A DNA stretch of 46,999 bases, taken from Candidatus Colwellbacteria bacterium. Its GTDB lineage: Bacteria > Patescibacteriota > Minisyncoccia > UBA6257 > Colwellbacteraceae. Position 1 is the stretch's first letter. Each line of letters starts with the position of its first letter. Positions 37,189 to 46,999 of this stretch are shown in pieces. The notes beneath the pieces are model-generated. The model worked only from the letters and a program-made list of their open reading frames with translations. It was not told where the DNA came from and did not search any database. The stretch spans positions 1-46,999 of the forward strand of contig JALOAR010000002.1 in assembly GCA_023228665.1 (NCBI GenBank), written 5' to 3'. Position numbers and translations under genes: made by a program.

Positions 37189-38619
37189 TTACTGCCCTTC
37201 ATAATATTTTCCTAAGCTAAAAAGGTCGGAATCATGCCAGTGTTTGCCGATAAGCTGAAACCCTATAGGTAACTTATCAACTCTGCCTTTAACCGGTATC
37301 GATATTGCCGGAAGACCCGCCAAATTAACAGGCACGGTAAATATATCCGATAAATACATCTGTACCGGATCATCTGATTTTTCGCCGAATTTAAAAGGTA
37401 CTGTTGGAGAAGTCGGAGACAATATTACATCAACCTGGTTAAAAGCTTCTATAAAATCTCTCTTTATAAGCTGTCTAACCTTCTGCGCTTTGGCATAATA
37501 CGCGTCATAATATCCGGCCGAAAGAACAAAAGTTCCTAAAAGCATTCTCCGCTTAACTTCTTCTCCAAAACCCGCGCCCCTGGTCTTCATATAAATATCA
37601 AACAAAGAACCATTATTGCTTCCCCGGGAATACCTTATTCCGTCAAACCGCGCCAGATTAGTAGATATCTCGGCAAAAATAATAATGTAATAAGCTGATA
37701 AAGCATACTTGCTATAAGGAAGATTGATCTTTTTTATTTTCATTCCGGCTGAACGGAAAAAATCTACCGTCTCCTGCATAGCTTTAGAAGTTTCATCATC
37801 TAAGCCTGTTCCAGAAAAATATTCATCCGGAATTCCTATGGTTATTGATGAAGGATCGCCTAAATTAAGCTGGCTTTCCCCGGCATTTCTTGAAGTAGCG
37901 TCATGCTTGTCAGCTCCTTTTATCACTGAATATATTTCTTCCGCATCAGCTACAGTTTTTCCAAAAGGACCTATTTGATCCAAACTCGAAGCCATTGCCA
38001 TAAGGCCAAATCGAGATACTCGCCCATACGTAGGCTTCATTCCGACAACGCCGCAAAACGATGCGGGCAACCTTATTGAACCGCCCGTATCAGAACCTAT
38101 TGCGCCAAGAGCCATTCTTCCGGCAACAGCCGCCGCCGAGCCTCCGGAAGAACCCCCCGGAACTCTCTCTGTATCTACTGGATTTTTAGTCGGACCAAAT
38201 GCAGAATTTTCAGTTGAAGAACCCATAGCAAACTCATCCATGTTAGCCTTTCCTAAAAATACTGCCCCGGCGGTCCTTAATTTCTTTATAACTGTAGCAT
38301 CATAGGCTGATACATAATCCTTAAGCAGTTTAGAAGCCGAGGTACATACTTCATCTTCTATTAATAAATTGTCTTTTATAGCTAAAGGCGCTCCGCAAAG
38401 AGGACCCGCATCTTCTCCCGCTTTTATTTTTTCATCAATCTCTTTTGCAGACGCAATCGCCTCTTCCTCTCTTATGGATATATAAGCATTTATTTCCTGA
38501 TTCTTTTGCTTAGCTTCTTTTAAAAACTCGCTAGTTACTTCCTCCGCCGAAAAATCTCCAGAAACAATTCCATCTCTTACATCTTTTATGCTTAAAATAT
38601 TTTTATCCATACTAATCAT
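37189..38619 (-). CDS. gatA: Glu/Asp-tRNA amidotransferase subunit A
   Basis: Amidase signature GGSSGGSAAAVA...GSDTGGSIRLPA. Confidence 0.93.
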   Translation of the reverse strand: MISMDKNILSIKDVRDGIVSGDFSAEEVTSEFLKEAKQKNQEINAYISIREEEAIASAKEIDEKIKAGEDAGPLCGAPLAIKDNLLIEDEVCTSASKLLKDYVSAYDATVIKKLRTAGAVFLGKANMDEFAMGSSTENSAFGPTKNPVDTERVPGGSSGGSAAAVAGRMALGAIGSDTGGSIRLPASFCGVVGMKPTYGRVSRFGLMAMASSLDQIGPFGKTVADAEEIYSVIKGADKHDATSRNAGESQLNLGDPSSITIGIPDEYFSGTGLDDETSKAMQETVDFFRSAGMKIKKINLPYSKYALSAYYIIIFAEISTNLARFDGIRYSRGSNNGSLFDIYMKTRGAGFGEEVKRRMLLGTFVLSAGYYDAYYAKAQKVRQLIKRDFIEAFNQVDVILSPTSPTVPFKFGEKSDDPVQMYLSDIFTVPVNLAGLPAISIPVKGRVDKLPIGFQLIGKHWHDSDLFSLGKYYEGQ

Positions 38620-38908
38620 TATTTTTCATTACTCCGGGAACCTTTAAATAGCCATCTTTAGTTTCCGGAAAAGATTCGATTCCTTTTTGCAAAAGACCTT
38701 TATCAATATCATCAGCTTCCGCCTGATTAACCATATCGGAAGCACCAGACATCGGAGAAATGTTGTCTGTATTTACATCTTTTAATTGTTCAAAATACTC
38801 AAGAATATTTTCGGCATCCTTAACTAGCCCTGCTTCCTTTCCTTCTATATCTATTCTTGCAAGCTGGGCAAGCCTCTCTATATCTTCTTTTTTTATATCT
38901 TTCAGCAT
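38612..38908 (-). CDS. gatC: Glu/Asp-tRNA amidotransferase subunit C
   Basis: I prefer the start at MLKDIKKEDIERLAQLARI (canonical GatC N-terminus) over the listed 38944. Overlaps the gatA start. Confidence 0.8.
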   Translation of the reverse strand: MLKDIKKEDIERLAQLARIDIEGKEAGLVKDAENILEYFEQLKDVNTDNISPMSGASDMVNQAEADDIDKGLLQKGIESFPETKDGYLKVPGVMKNND

Positions 38909-39021
38909 TACAAGATTTATAATACCCGCAAGCGCCATACCCATGCAAACAACAATTTGCGCATTATCCCAAGCCTGTCGAAGGATAAAAAAACCGTTGC
39001 TTTAAGCAACGGCCGTTCTGG

Positions 39022-39543
39022 TTAAAAATTAACCACTTTTTTTAAAATTTTTCCTCCTAATTCAGGCGAATACAAGTCCACGATCTCAATGTTAACTTTT
39101 GTTCCGCCATTATTTTTGTTCTCATAGACAATATGGCCCAGGCCTTTACCCAAAATATTCTGCGCCATTTCCGCATTAGCAGAAATAAACATTACTTTAG
39201 AAAAAGGCTTTAGCTCGTCAATTTCTTTCAAAGTTTCCGCGTCCACCTCTAGAGGAATTCCTTCAACTCTATGGGAAATAAAAACAACTGCAGTTTTTCC
39301 CGCCGGTAACTCCAAATCATTTTCTCCTATAATCGCTACACAGCCAAGAGTTATACAACTACCATCGAAACTGACTAAAGCTCTGATTAAGCTTTGTTTG
39401 AGTTCTTCGATTTCTTTCTCGCGATCCTCCTCCGTATGTTTTTTAAAATCTCTCCTTCTTAATTCATAAACCCTTTCAGCTGTTTCAGCAGCCAGTTCGA
39501 CTAGAGAACCATCTCTTCCGTCATCAAAGCCATAATTGTACAT
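39022..39543 (-). CDS. Divergent GreA/GreB-like protein (tentative)
   Basis: Start at MYNYG, with GGAAGGGAG upstream. Charged coiled-coil-like N-terminal half. The C-terminal ISANAEMAQNILGKGLGHIVYE...TKVNIEIVDL resembles the GreA C-terminal domain pattern IS..SP.A.ALLGK..GD.V. Confidence 0.45.
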   Translation of the reverse strand: MYNYGFDDGRDGSLVELAAETAERVYELRRRDFKKHTEEDREKEIEELKQSLIRALVSFDGSCITLGCVAIIGENDLELPAGKTAVVFISHRVEGIPLEVDAETLKEIDELKPFSKVMFISANAEMAQNILGKGLGHIVYENKNNGGTKVNIEIVDLYSPELGGKILKKVVNF

Positions 39544-39688
39544 AGTTCTTTCTCCCTTCCTTTTTTGAGTTTTTAAAAGACCTTCCAAGTCTTAAGCTTA
39601 AATATAACCACAAAAACCAAGAAAGTCAATAAATAAATTTCTTTTATTATTCTAAGCTTTTTATGCCCAGCCACTATTTTTGTTCTTT

Positions 39689-41734
<2,046 letters not shown>

Positions 41735-41846
41735 TTATACTATTCCTATATTATTATCGCGACACTTTATATAAAAAAACTACCATTAAAAAAATTAAAT
41801 AAAAATAGCTCGGATGATATCCAAGCTATTTGCTCATAACAAGCAT

Positions 41847-41921
41847 TTATCCTTTCTTCTTGCCTCCAGACTTCTTGCCCTTATCGACATCATCTTTGCC
41901 GCCCTCGCTGCATCTTTCCAT
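41847..41921 (-). CDS. Candidate micro-ORF B (24 aa, Lys/Gly-rich): MERCSEGGKDDVDKGKKSGGKKKG
   Basis: ATG preceded by AAAGGAGGG with a 7-nt spacer. Followed by hairpin AAATAGCT-N13-AGCTATTT and T-rich sequence on the minus strand. Confidence 0.35.
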   Translation of the reverse strand: MERCSEGGKDDVDKGKKSGGKKKG

Positions 41922-41942
41922 ACAATAACCCTCCTTTCTAAA

Positions 41943-42011
41943 TTATTTAGTAGGTCTTATCTTTTTCCCACTCGGATCTCGCCAAGGTCTTGGCTTACTC
42001 TTCCTAACCAA
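41943..42011 (-). CDS. Candidate micro-ORF A (22 aa, strongly basic): (M)VRKSKPRPWRDPSGKKIRPTK
   Basis: TTG start preceded by AAAGGAGG with an 8-nt spacer. Lies between the 42111 terminator and micro-ORF B. Confidence 0.3.
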   Translation of the reverse strand: MVRKSKPRPWRDPSGKKIRPTK

Positions 42012-42110
42012 GATAAAAACCTCCTTTTATAAGAACTAATTAAAATATATAGAATCATAATTAGCTTGTACAAGCCCCTCCCTCTTTGCTTTAATTAAAA
42101 TCCACCCACC

Positions 42111-42138
42111 AAAAACCCGCCAATGAGGCGGGTTTTTT
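42111..42138. terminator. Terminator after the 967-aa gene
   Basis: AAAAACCCGCC-AATGA-GGCGGGTTTTTT. Same stem family as the hairpins at 45824 and 46759. Confidence 0.7.
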
Positions 42139-42149
42139 CTTCTCTTCTT

Positions 42150-45053
42150 TTAATTTAATGTTTTCTTTAATCCCTCGCTTATAGATCCTATAAGATTAAA
42201 GAAGCTATCTTTAAATGAAGGTGACTTCTCCTCAAGGTAAGGTTCGAACACTTTAACTTCGTAACTCTCTGTATCCGAATCTTGGTAGCAATGCAGCGGA
42301 TCCGTATTATCCCTATTTCTGCAAGTTATTTCATAATCAGTTGTTGTTTGAGGCTGAAGATTTTTAACCTCCCCGGAAGAATTAAGCCTATCCATATTCC
42401 CTGTCGATGTTACCCAGCCAGTATCATCGCCGATAGATATGCTCGGCGTACATTTTAGAGTTGTCGGCGTCCCAGAGTTCGGCTTGCTAACATTCCAAAT
42501 TAAATTTATAAGCTGGTTAAGAAGAATCTGCGGTTTAGATGGATCAGTTGTTAAATTATTCGTCGGTATGCCCGGCTCCTCAATAAACCTGACTAATTGC
42601 GAATCCGAATCAGACGAAGAACAAATGTCTCCAGAACGGACAGTTTGGTCATATTCATAATATCGACAAGAATAACTAAGGCACGGTTCGCAGTCTTCGT
42701 ACTTAACACAATCATATTCCTCAGGCTTAAATATCGGCTGTCCGGTAATCGGATCATACCCGATAAACACCTGTCTAGTACAAGTTGTATCATACGGACA
42801 CTGTGTCCAATTGGTACAGTGACTACCGCTTGGATTAGATGAGGAGTTCCACCTCACATCGCAACTTCCGCTAGAACAAGAGCAAGAAGTAATAGCATCA
42901 TACCTTCCCTCTAAATAGTCACAGCTATCTTCACATTCGTCATCGTTCCTACTGCCATAGCCATCAAAGGTGTTGTAATCAGTACACCTATACGAATCCC
43001 TGGTACAACTCGCTGAATATGTTTGCGTACTGCTTGGCGTATCCGTCTCACTGCCGGAAATACTTGAAGAACCAGATCTGCTAAAATTCCAATTACTCGA
43101 ACTATCAGAGCAAGATATATTTCTATTTGAGGGGCTCCCGCCTCCAATTATCGAAGAACATACATTATTAACAGAACCGCTCCAATTTATTGTCGTCTGC
43201 CTTACCTCTGGAGAAGGATTATTTCCATTTGGATGGTAAGGAAGACAATCCCTAGTCGCTGAAACATTCGTTGATACGGAACGCGGACCGCTATAGCATG
43301 AACCCGCACCGACACTTACCGTAGCGCTATCTGAACAAGAGCCCGCGCCAACCGCATCGCAGCTTAAGGTATAAGTAGTTGTAGATGAAGGGCTTACAGA
43401 TCTGGAGCCCGATGTAGAAACAGCGCCAATACCCTGATTTATCGAACAACTGGCTGTTCCGCTCGTACTCCAGCTTAGATTAGACGACTGCCCGGAAGTT
43501 ATAGACGAAGGATTTGCCGTTAAATTAGCCGTGCATCCGCCACTGCCCACATTCACAGTTACTGAATCGCTCTTTATTACATCAGGATTGGCGCTATAAG
43601 CGCAAGAAAGCGTATATTCATAATTCCCTTCATCATTAAATGGTCCCACTGTTTCACTGCCTCCAGAAAGAACCGATCCGGTTATACTCGGACTTGTCGG
43701 ATCTGAAGGATCGGCGCTTATACTGCAATTACTCGCCCTATCCGTAGACCAAGAAATATTAGTAGTATCTCCTTCGCTTATAGAAGAAGGTAAAGCATTT
43801 ATATCAACATCAAAAGCGCATATTGCGTTCGGCTCATAAGTAACATCATCCCAGCCGTCATCGCAGATAACTCCCCCGCTCATATTCCAATTATCGTCAG
43901 TCCACGTCGCCATATTGCCCAACTGATCCGGATTATTACTGCACCTACTGCAATAAGCTATACACGAACTCCCGGTATCTTGTATCTCAAGCGTTGAGCC
44001 GTCTGCGGGATCAAATATTGATTCATCAGGACATCCGCCAAACTCTTCTCCAGAAACATAAACCGATACCTCTTTTGAAGCTGATGTTTCTATACTATCT
44101 CGCCGAAAACCTCCGGCGTATTCGCTATAATATTGTTTACAAGTAATTTCATACGTATAAGGCTCCTCTCTCGGCGTTAAGTCGCTTGCCCTAACAGTGT
44201 AGCTGCCACTCGTATCCCCGCCAGTATTAATATCTGATGAATAGCACTCCCTTGCATTGGAAGCCGACCAAGATATATCTGTACTTTCTCCCGGTTTAAT
44301 CGTAACGCTCGATTTATTCACGCCATCAAGAAGAAGATTTACTACCGGTGGAACCGGGCATGTCGGCCCTCCTTGGCTGCAATTTGCAGATGACGGCGTC
44401 CACCCCACGCAATAAACAGTTCTGGAAGTATAAGGACATACTCCTTCTTCAGGAGGTATGCCGTCTTGAACGCTAGGACCATCTGCTACAGCACTCCTCG
44501 GAACATAACTCCCGCCTTCTTGATTACAGCATATTTTATAGCTAGACCCCGCCGAACAATTACAATAACCATAATTTAATAAAGGAGTAACCGAAGGACT
44601 ACCCTCGCCGCATTCATTAGTAGCGCACTTATCAGAAGTAGAACAGACATTACCGGCAAGATAATAAGTAATACTAAATTCATAATAATAAATATAACTC
44701 CCATCCCAAGCTAATTCTTGAAATCGCTCTTTTATTTTAACTATTCTATTTTGTTCCCATGGACCAGTTTGGTTAGCATAAATCAAACAATCTGCTCTTA
44801 CTTCATCAAAAACTGGATCTTGGCAAAGAGGAACACAGGCCGGTTCCGTACAATTAGAACTCGTATTACTTCCGCTATTCTGGCAAACTTTTTCTTCACA
44901 ATCTATAACATTTGGCGAAGAGCAAATTTCATTCACGCATTCTTCTGTAAACCTATCCGTATCACAAGCTGAAGCATTTACAACACTAGAAAATAAAAAA
45001 CCAACCGCAAAAACAGAAAATAAAATCGTTAATAATAAAAATATTTTTTTCAT
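42150..45053 (-). CDS. 967-aa secreted cysteine-rich, Ser/Gly/Thr-rich protein with repeated Ig-like modules (unknown family)
   Basis: Signal peptide MKKIFLLLTILFSVFAVGFLFSSVVNASA. About 56 Cys by my count. At least four modules with the pattern (I/L)SWS....C.......Y.(L/I).C. No C-terminal anchor. The start overlaps the upstream stop (ATGA). Confidence 0.8.
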   Translation of the reverse strand: MKKIFLLLTILFSVFAVGFLFSSVVNASACDTDRFTEECVNEICSSPNVIDCEEKVCQNSGSNTSSNCTEPACVPLCQDPVFDEVRADCLIYANQTGPWEQNRIVKIKERFQELAWDGSYIYYYEFSITYYLAGNVCSTSDKCATNECGEGSPSVTPLLNYGYCNCSAGSSYKICCNQEGGSYVPRSAVADGPSVQDGIPPEEGVCPYTSRTVYCVGWTPSSANCSQGGPTCPVPPVVNLLLDGVNKSSVTIKPGESTDISWSASNARECYSSDINTGGDTSGSYTVRASDLTPREEPYTYEITCKQYYSEYAGGFRRDSIETSASKEVSVYVSGEEFGGCPDESIFDPADGSTLEIQDTGSSCIAYCSRCSNNPDQLGNMATWTDDNWNMSGGVICDDGWDDVTYEPNAICAFDVDINALPSSISEGDTTNISWSTDRASNCSISADPSDPTSPSITGSVLSGGSETVGPFNDEGNYEYTLSCAYSANPDVIKSDSVTVNVGSGGCTANLTANPSSITSGQSSNLSWSTSGTASCSINQGIGAVSTSGSRSVSPSSTTTYTLSCDAVGAGSCSDSATVSVGAGSCYSGPRSVSTNVSATRDCLPYHPNGNNPSPEVRQTTINWSGSVNNVCSSIIGGGSPSNRNISCSDSSSNWNFSRSGSSSISGSETDTPSSTQTYSASCTRDSYRCTDYNTFDGYGSRNDDECEDSCDYLEGRYDAITSCSCSSGSCDVRWNSSSNPSGSHCTNWTQCPYDTTCTRQVFIGYDPITGQPIFKPEEYDCVKYEDCEPCLSYSCRYYEYDQTVRSGDICSSSDSDSQLVRFIEEPGIPTNNLTTDPSKPQILLNQLINLIWNVSKPNSGTPTTLKCTPSISIGDDTGWVTSTGNMDRLNSSGEVKNLQPQTTTDYEITCRNRDNTDPLHCYQDSDTESYEVKVFEPYLEEKSPSFKDSFFNLIGSISEGLKKTLN

Positions 45054-45775
45054 TGCGCCTCAATCAATTGGACTAATTGATTCAAATATTCTACTGGATC
45101 TTCAGATCGAGTAATGTCCTTATCCCAACTAGCTTCAGGATAAAAAATTAAACTGGTTTCTTCTTTGACATAGTTCTCATAAACTAGTCTATCAGAAACT
45201 TTCATTACACCAATTGGATCACCCTTATTAACAAGTGTATCATTAGCCGGAATTGGTTTAACGCCATAACCAGCAAATCTAAACGACTTGTTACGATTAG
45301 GATCATTAGCCTCTTCAATAGTTGAAGCTGGTTTCCATAAACCGTCTTTAGTAACTATAATCTCTCCTCTTCCGCTTCCATCACTCTCCGTATTCAAATA
45401 TTTTATATACCCGTCTATTGGAGAGTATAGTGTAATCTCTTCCTTATCTTGGATGTTGAAACCTATACCAGACAATCTTTCTCCGTCAGAGTTATGAGGA
45501 ATGAAAGCGCTAGCACAATTTTCTTCATTTAAAATCAAACAATCGCCTATTTTTTCTCCCATTCTCGATAAAACTCCCGGGAAATAATTTACTATAGGAA
45601 ACTCGCCTTCTTCTTCAGGCTCGCTAACAGTACCTTCTTCTTCAACAGGAATCCCTTGTTCTGTAGGGACTCTTGTAAGCATTTCGGGATTTGTAACTAT
45701 CAAATAAGCCAATACAGCGCCAACCAAAATAATCAAAACCGCTCCAGCTACTAAGAAAGTGTTCTTTCTCGTCAT
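45050..45775 (-). CDS. Membrane-anchored paralogue 1 of an unassigned family
   Basis: N-terminal TM helix, acidic linker, conserved C-terminal domain (SAFIPH, SGIGFN, YSPIDGYI, PASTIEEANDPNRNK, WDKDITRSEDPVEYL). The stop overlaps the start of the 967-aa gene. Confidence 0.7.
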   Translation of the reverse strand: MTRKNTFLVAGAVLIILVGAVLAYLIVTNPEMLTRVPTEQGIPVEEEGTVSEPEEEGEFPIVNYFPGVLSRMGEKIGDCLILNEENCASAFIPHNSDGERLSGIGFNIQDKEEITLYSPIDGYIKYLNTESDGSGRGEIIVTKDGLWKPASTIEEANDPNRNKSFRFAGYGVKPIPANDTLVNKGDPIGVMKVSDRLVYENYVKEETSLIFYPEASWDKDITRSEDPVEYLNQLVQLIEAQ

Positions 45776-45823
45776 ATTTATAATTATAAACCATCAGACT
45801 AAATACAAACATGTGGATATACT

Positions 45824-45852
45824 AAAAACCCGCCATATGCCAATGGCGGGTT
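45824..45852 (-). terminator. Terminator after paralogue 2
   Basis: AACCCGCC-N10-GGCGGGTT with TTTTT on the minus strand. Confidence 0.65.
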
Positions 45853-45898
45853 CTGTAGCATTCATTTAAAAGTTCTCTTCTCATAAATACCCCCATCT

Positions 45899-46666
45899 TC
45901 ATTTCTCCATAATTTCCAAGAGCTGTTTCAGATATTCTCTTGGATCTTCATCTCTTTGGATATCTTTGTCCCAATCCGTTTCCGGCACAAGTATTAAAGA
46001 AACTTCTTCTTTTAACTTGTCTGTCAAAATAACTTTTTCGGAATTAACAACTGCTATTTCCTTTCCTTTTTTAACAAACGAATCATTAACAACTAAAGAT
46101 TCAATCCCATAACCGATCAACATAATAGTTTTGTTTCGATTAGGATCATTAAGTTCCTCTATCGTAGATGCTGGCACACGAGGAGCATTAGCAGTTATTG
46201 AAAGAAATGCTTCTCCTCCAGATTTGTTGAAAAAAATCTGAACATATCCATCTGTCGGAGAATATACAGTTACCTCTTTTCCTAGAAAGTTAAACCCGAC
46301 ACCAGAAGCTATATTTCCAGTAGATTTATCGTGAGGATAAAAAGCACTTTCCCACAACTCATCTTTCACAACAAGCGGCAATCCTGCGGGAATAACTTCT
46401 GCTGATTCTGTAGGTTTTACTTCTTGTGTTGAGGTTTGTTCGCTAACCTGTTCGGTTACTTCCGGTTCAGAAGGAATAACAACATTGTTCTCCTGTACAG
46501 GTTCTGTTTGTATTGGTTCGGTTTTACTTTTCTCCAAAGATTCCGTAACTGTCGGTTCAACCACTATAATTTTTTTATCCTTATTAGTTGGACGATTAAA
46601 AAATAAAATAATAGCAACAAGTACAATAATAAGAATAATTAACAAAAACCTTTTAAATCTAAACAT
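45899..46666 (-). CDS. Membrane-anchored paralogue 2
   Basis: Same architecture and conserved blocks as 45050-45775 (SAFYPH, SGVGFN, YSPTDGYV, PASTIEELNDPNRNK, WDKDIQRDEDPREYL). Confidence 0.7.
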   Translation of the reverse strand: MFRFKRFLLIILIIVLVAIILFFNRPTNKDKKIIVVEPTVTESLEKSKTEPIQTEPVQENNVVIPSEPEVTEQVSEQTSTQEVKPTESAEVIPAGLPLVVKDELWESAFYPHDKSTGNIASGVGFNFLGKEVTVYSPTDGYVQIFFNKSGGEAFLSITANAPRVPASTIEELNDPNRNKTIMLIGYGIESLVVNDSFVKKGKEIAVVNSEKVILTDKLKEEVSLILVPETDWDKDIQRDEDPREYLKQLLEIMEK

Positions 46667-46753
46667 ATAAATCCATCCTTTCTAATCAAAAAAATATTTT
46701 TAAATAACATAATGTCTTTATTTGAAATACCATTAAATTATTATTTAGTCAAG

Positions 46754-46882
46754 ATACTAAAAACCCGCCATATGCCAATGGCGGGTTCTGTAGCATTCAT
46801 TTAAAAGTTCTTTCATAAATACCCCCATCTTCATTTCTCCATAATTTCCAAGAGCTGTTTCAGATATTCTCTTGGATCTTCA
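46754..46882. repeat. Direct repeat of 45819-45950 (3' end and terminator region of paralogue 2)
   Basis: Identical by eye except for one 3-nt indel (ctcttctcat versus ctttcat). Confidence 0.9.
46759..46787 (-). terminator. Terminator after paralogue 3 (copy of 45824-45852)
   Basis: Sequence identical to the hairpin at 45824. Confidence 0.65.
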
Positions 46883-46999
46883 GATCGAGTAATGTCCTTA
46901 TCCCAACTAGCTTCAGGATAAAAAATTAAACTGGTTTCTTCTTTGACATAGTTCTCATAAACTAGTCTATCAGAAACTTTCATTACACCAATTGGATCA
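46831..46999 (-). CDS. Paralogue 3, C-terminal part only (5' end beyond the window); mosaic of paralogues 1 and 2
   Basis: Translates to ...DPIGVMKVSDRLVYENYVKEETSLIFYPEASWDKDITRSEDPREYLKQLLEIMEK*. The body is identical to paralogue 1 and the last 13 residues are identical to paralogue 2. Confidence 0.65.
   Translation of the reverse strand, partial: DPIGVMKVSDRLVYENYVKEETSLIFYPEASWDKDITRSEDPREYLKQLLEIMEK
46873..46999. repeat. Direct repeat of 45095-45221 (inside paralogue 1)
   Basis: 127 nt identical by eye, running to the window edge. The junction with the other repeat is the shared TGGATCTTCA. Confidence 0.9.

Noticed and set aside
41814-42032. Listed plus-strand 72-aa ORF
   Set aside because: No SD or promoter, and a low-complexity hydrophobic translation. 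The minus strand carries two micro-ORFs with consensus SDs, which explains the region better.
42439-44972. Several 66-84-aa ORFs inside or antisense to the 967-aa gene (similar ones at 27249-28093 in the pilin-like gene)
   Set aside because: They appear only where GC content rises, because fewer stop codons arise by chance. They are fully nested in long ORFs that have clear signal peptide and domain structure.

Overview
AT-rich, gene-dense bacterial window of about 47 kb. The overall look fits a Candidate Phyla Radiation / Patescibacteria (Parcubacteria-like) genome; that placement is inference from short housekeeping enzymes, many membrane-anchored orphan proteins, large repetitive surface proteins and standalone ATP-cone proteins. 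Confident content: peptidoglycan genes (PBP2-type transpeptidase, an L,D-transpeptidase/S11 carboxypeptidase fusion, a second S11 carboxypeptidase, mraY), glycolysis (tpiA, pgk, pyk), translation and replication genes (gatCA, gatB, pheST, rplK, nusG, secE, gyrB, ligA, dnaX, ABC-F, DEAD-box helicase, scpAB), RNase P RNA, and four tRNAs (Gln, Met-CAU, initiator Met, Asp). Accessory content: two surface proteins sharing an Fn3-like 'PNG..T..W(F/I)EYG' module, a pilin-like LamG protein with a compositional break, and a minus-strand locus at the 3' end of the window. In that locus, tandem membrane-anchored paralogues of unknown family are translationally coupled to a 967-aa cysteine-rich secreted protein, and the third paralogue is a mosaic of the other two. 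Non-coding oddities: a strongly promoted 124-nt tRNA-like element with encoded CCA that I cannot fold into a cloverleaf, an interrupted duplicate of the tRNA-Asp 3' end, promoter-hairpin-terminator units just upstream of pgk and pyk, a GC-rich structured intergenic island with a REP-like hairpin, and two tandem micro-ORFs with near-perfect Shine-Dalgarno sites. I saw no CRISPR array, integrase, transposase, reverse transcriptase or rRNA. All family assignments come from motif reading by eye, not from searches.
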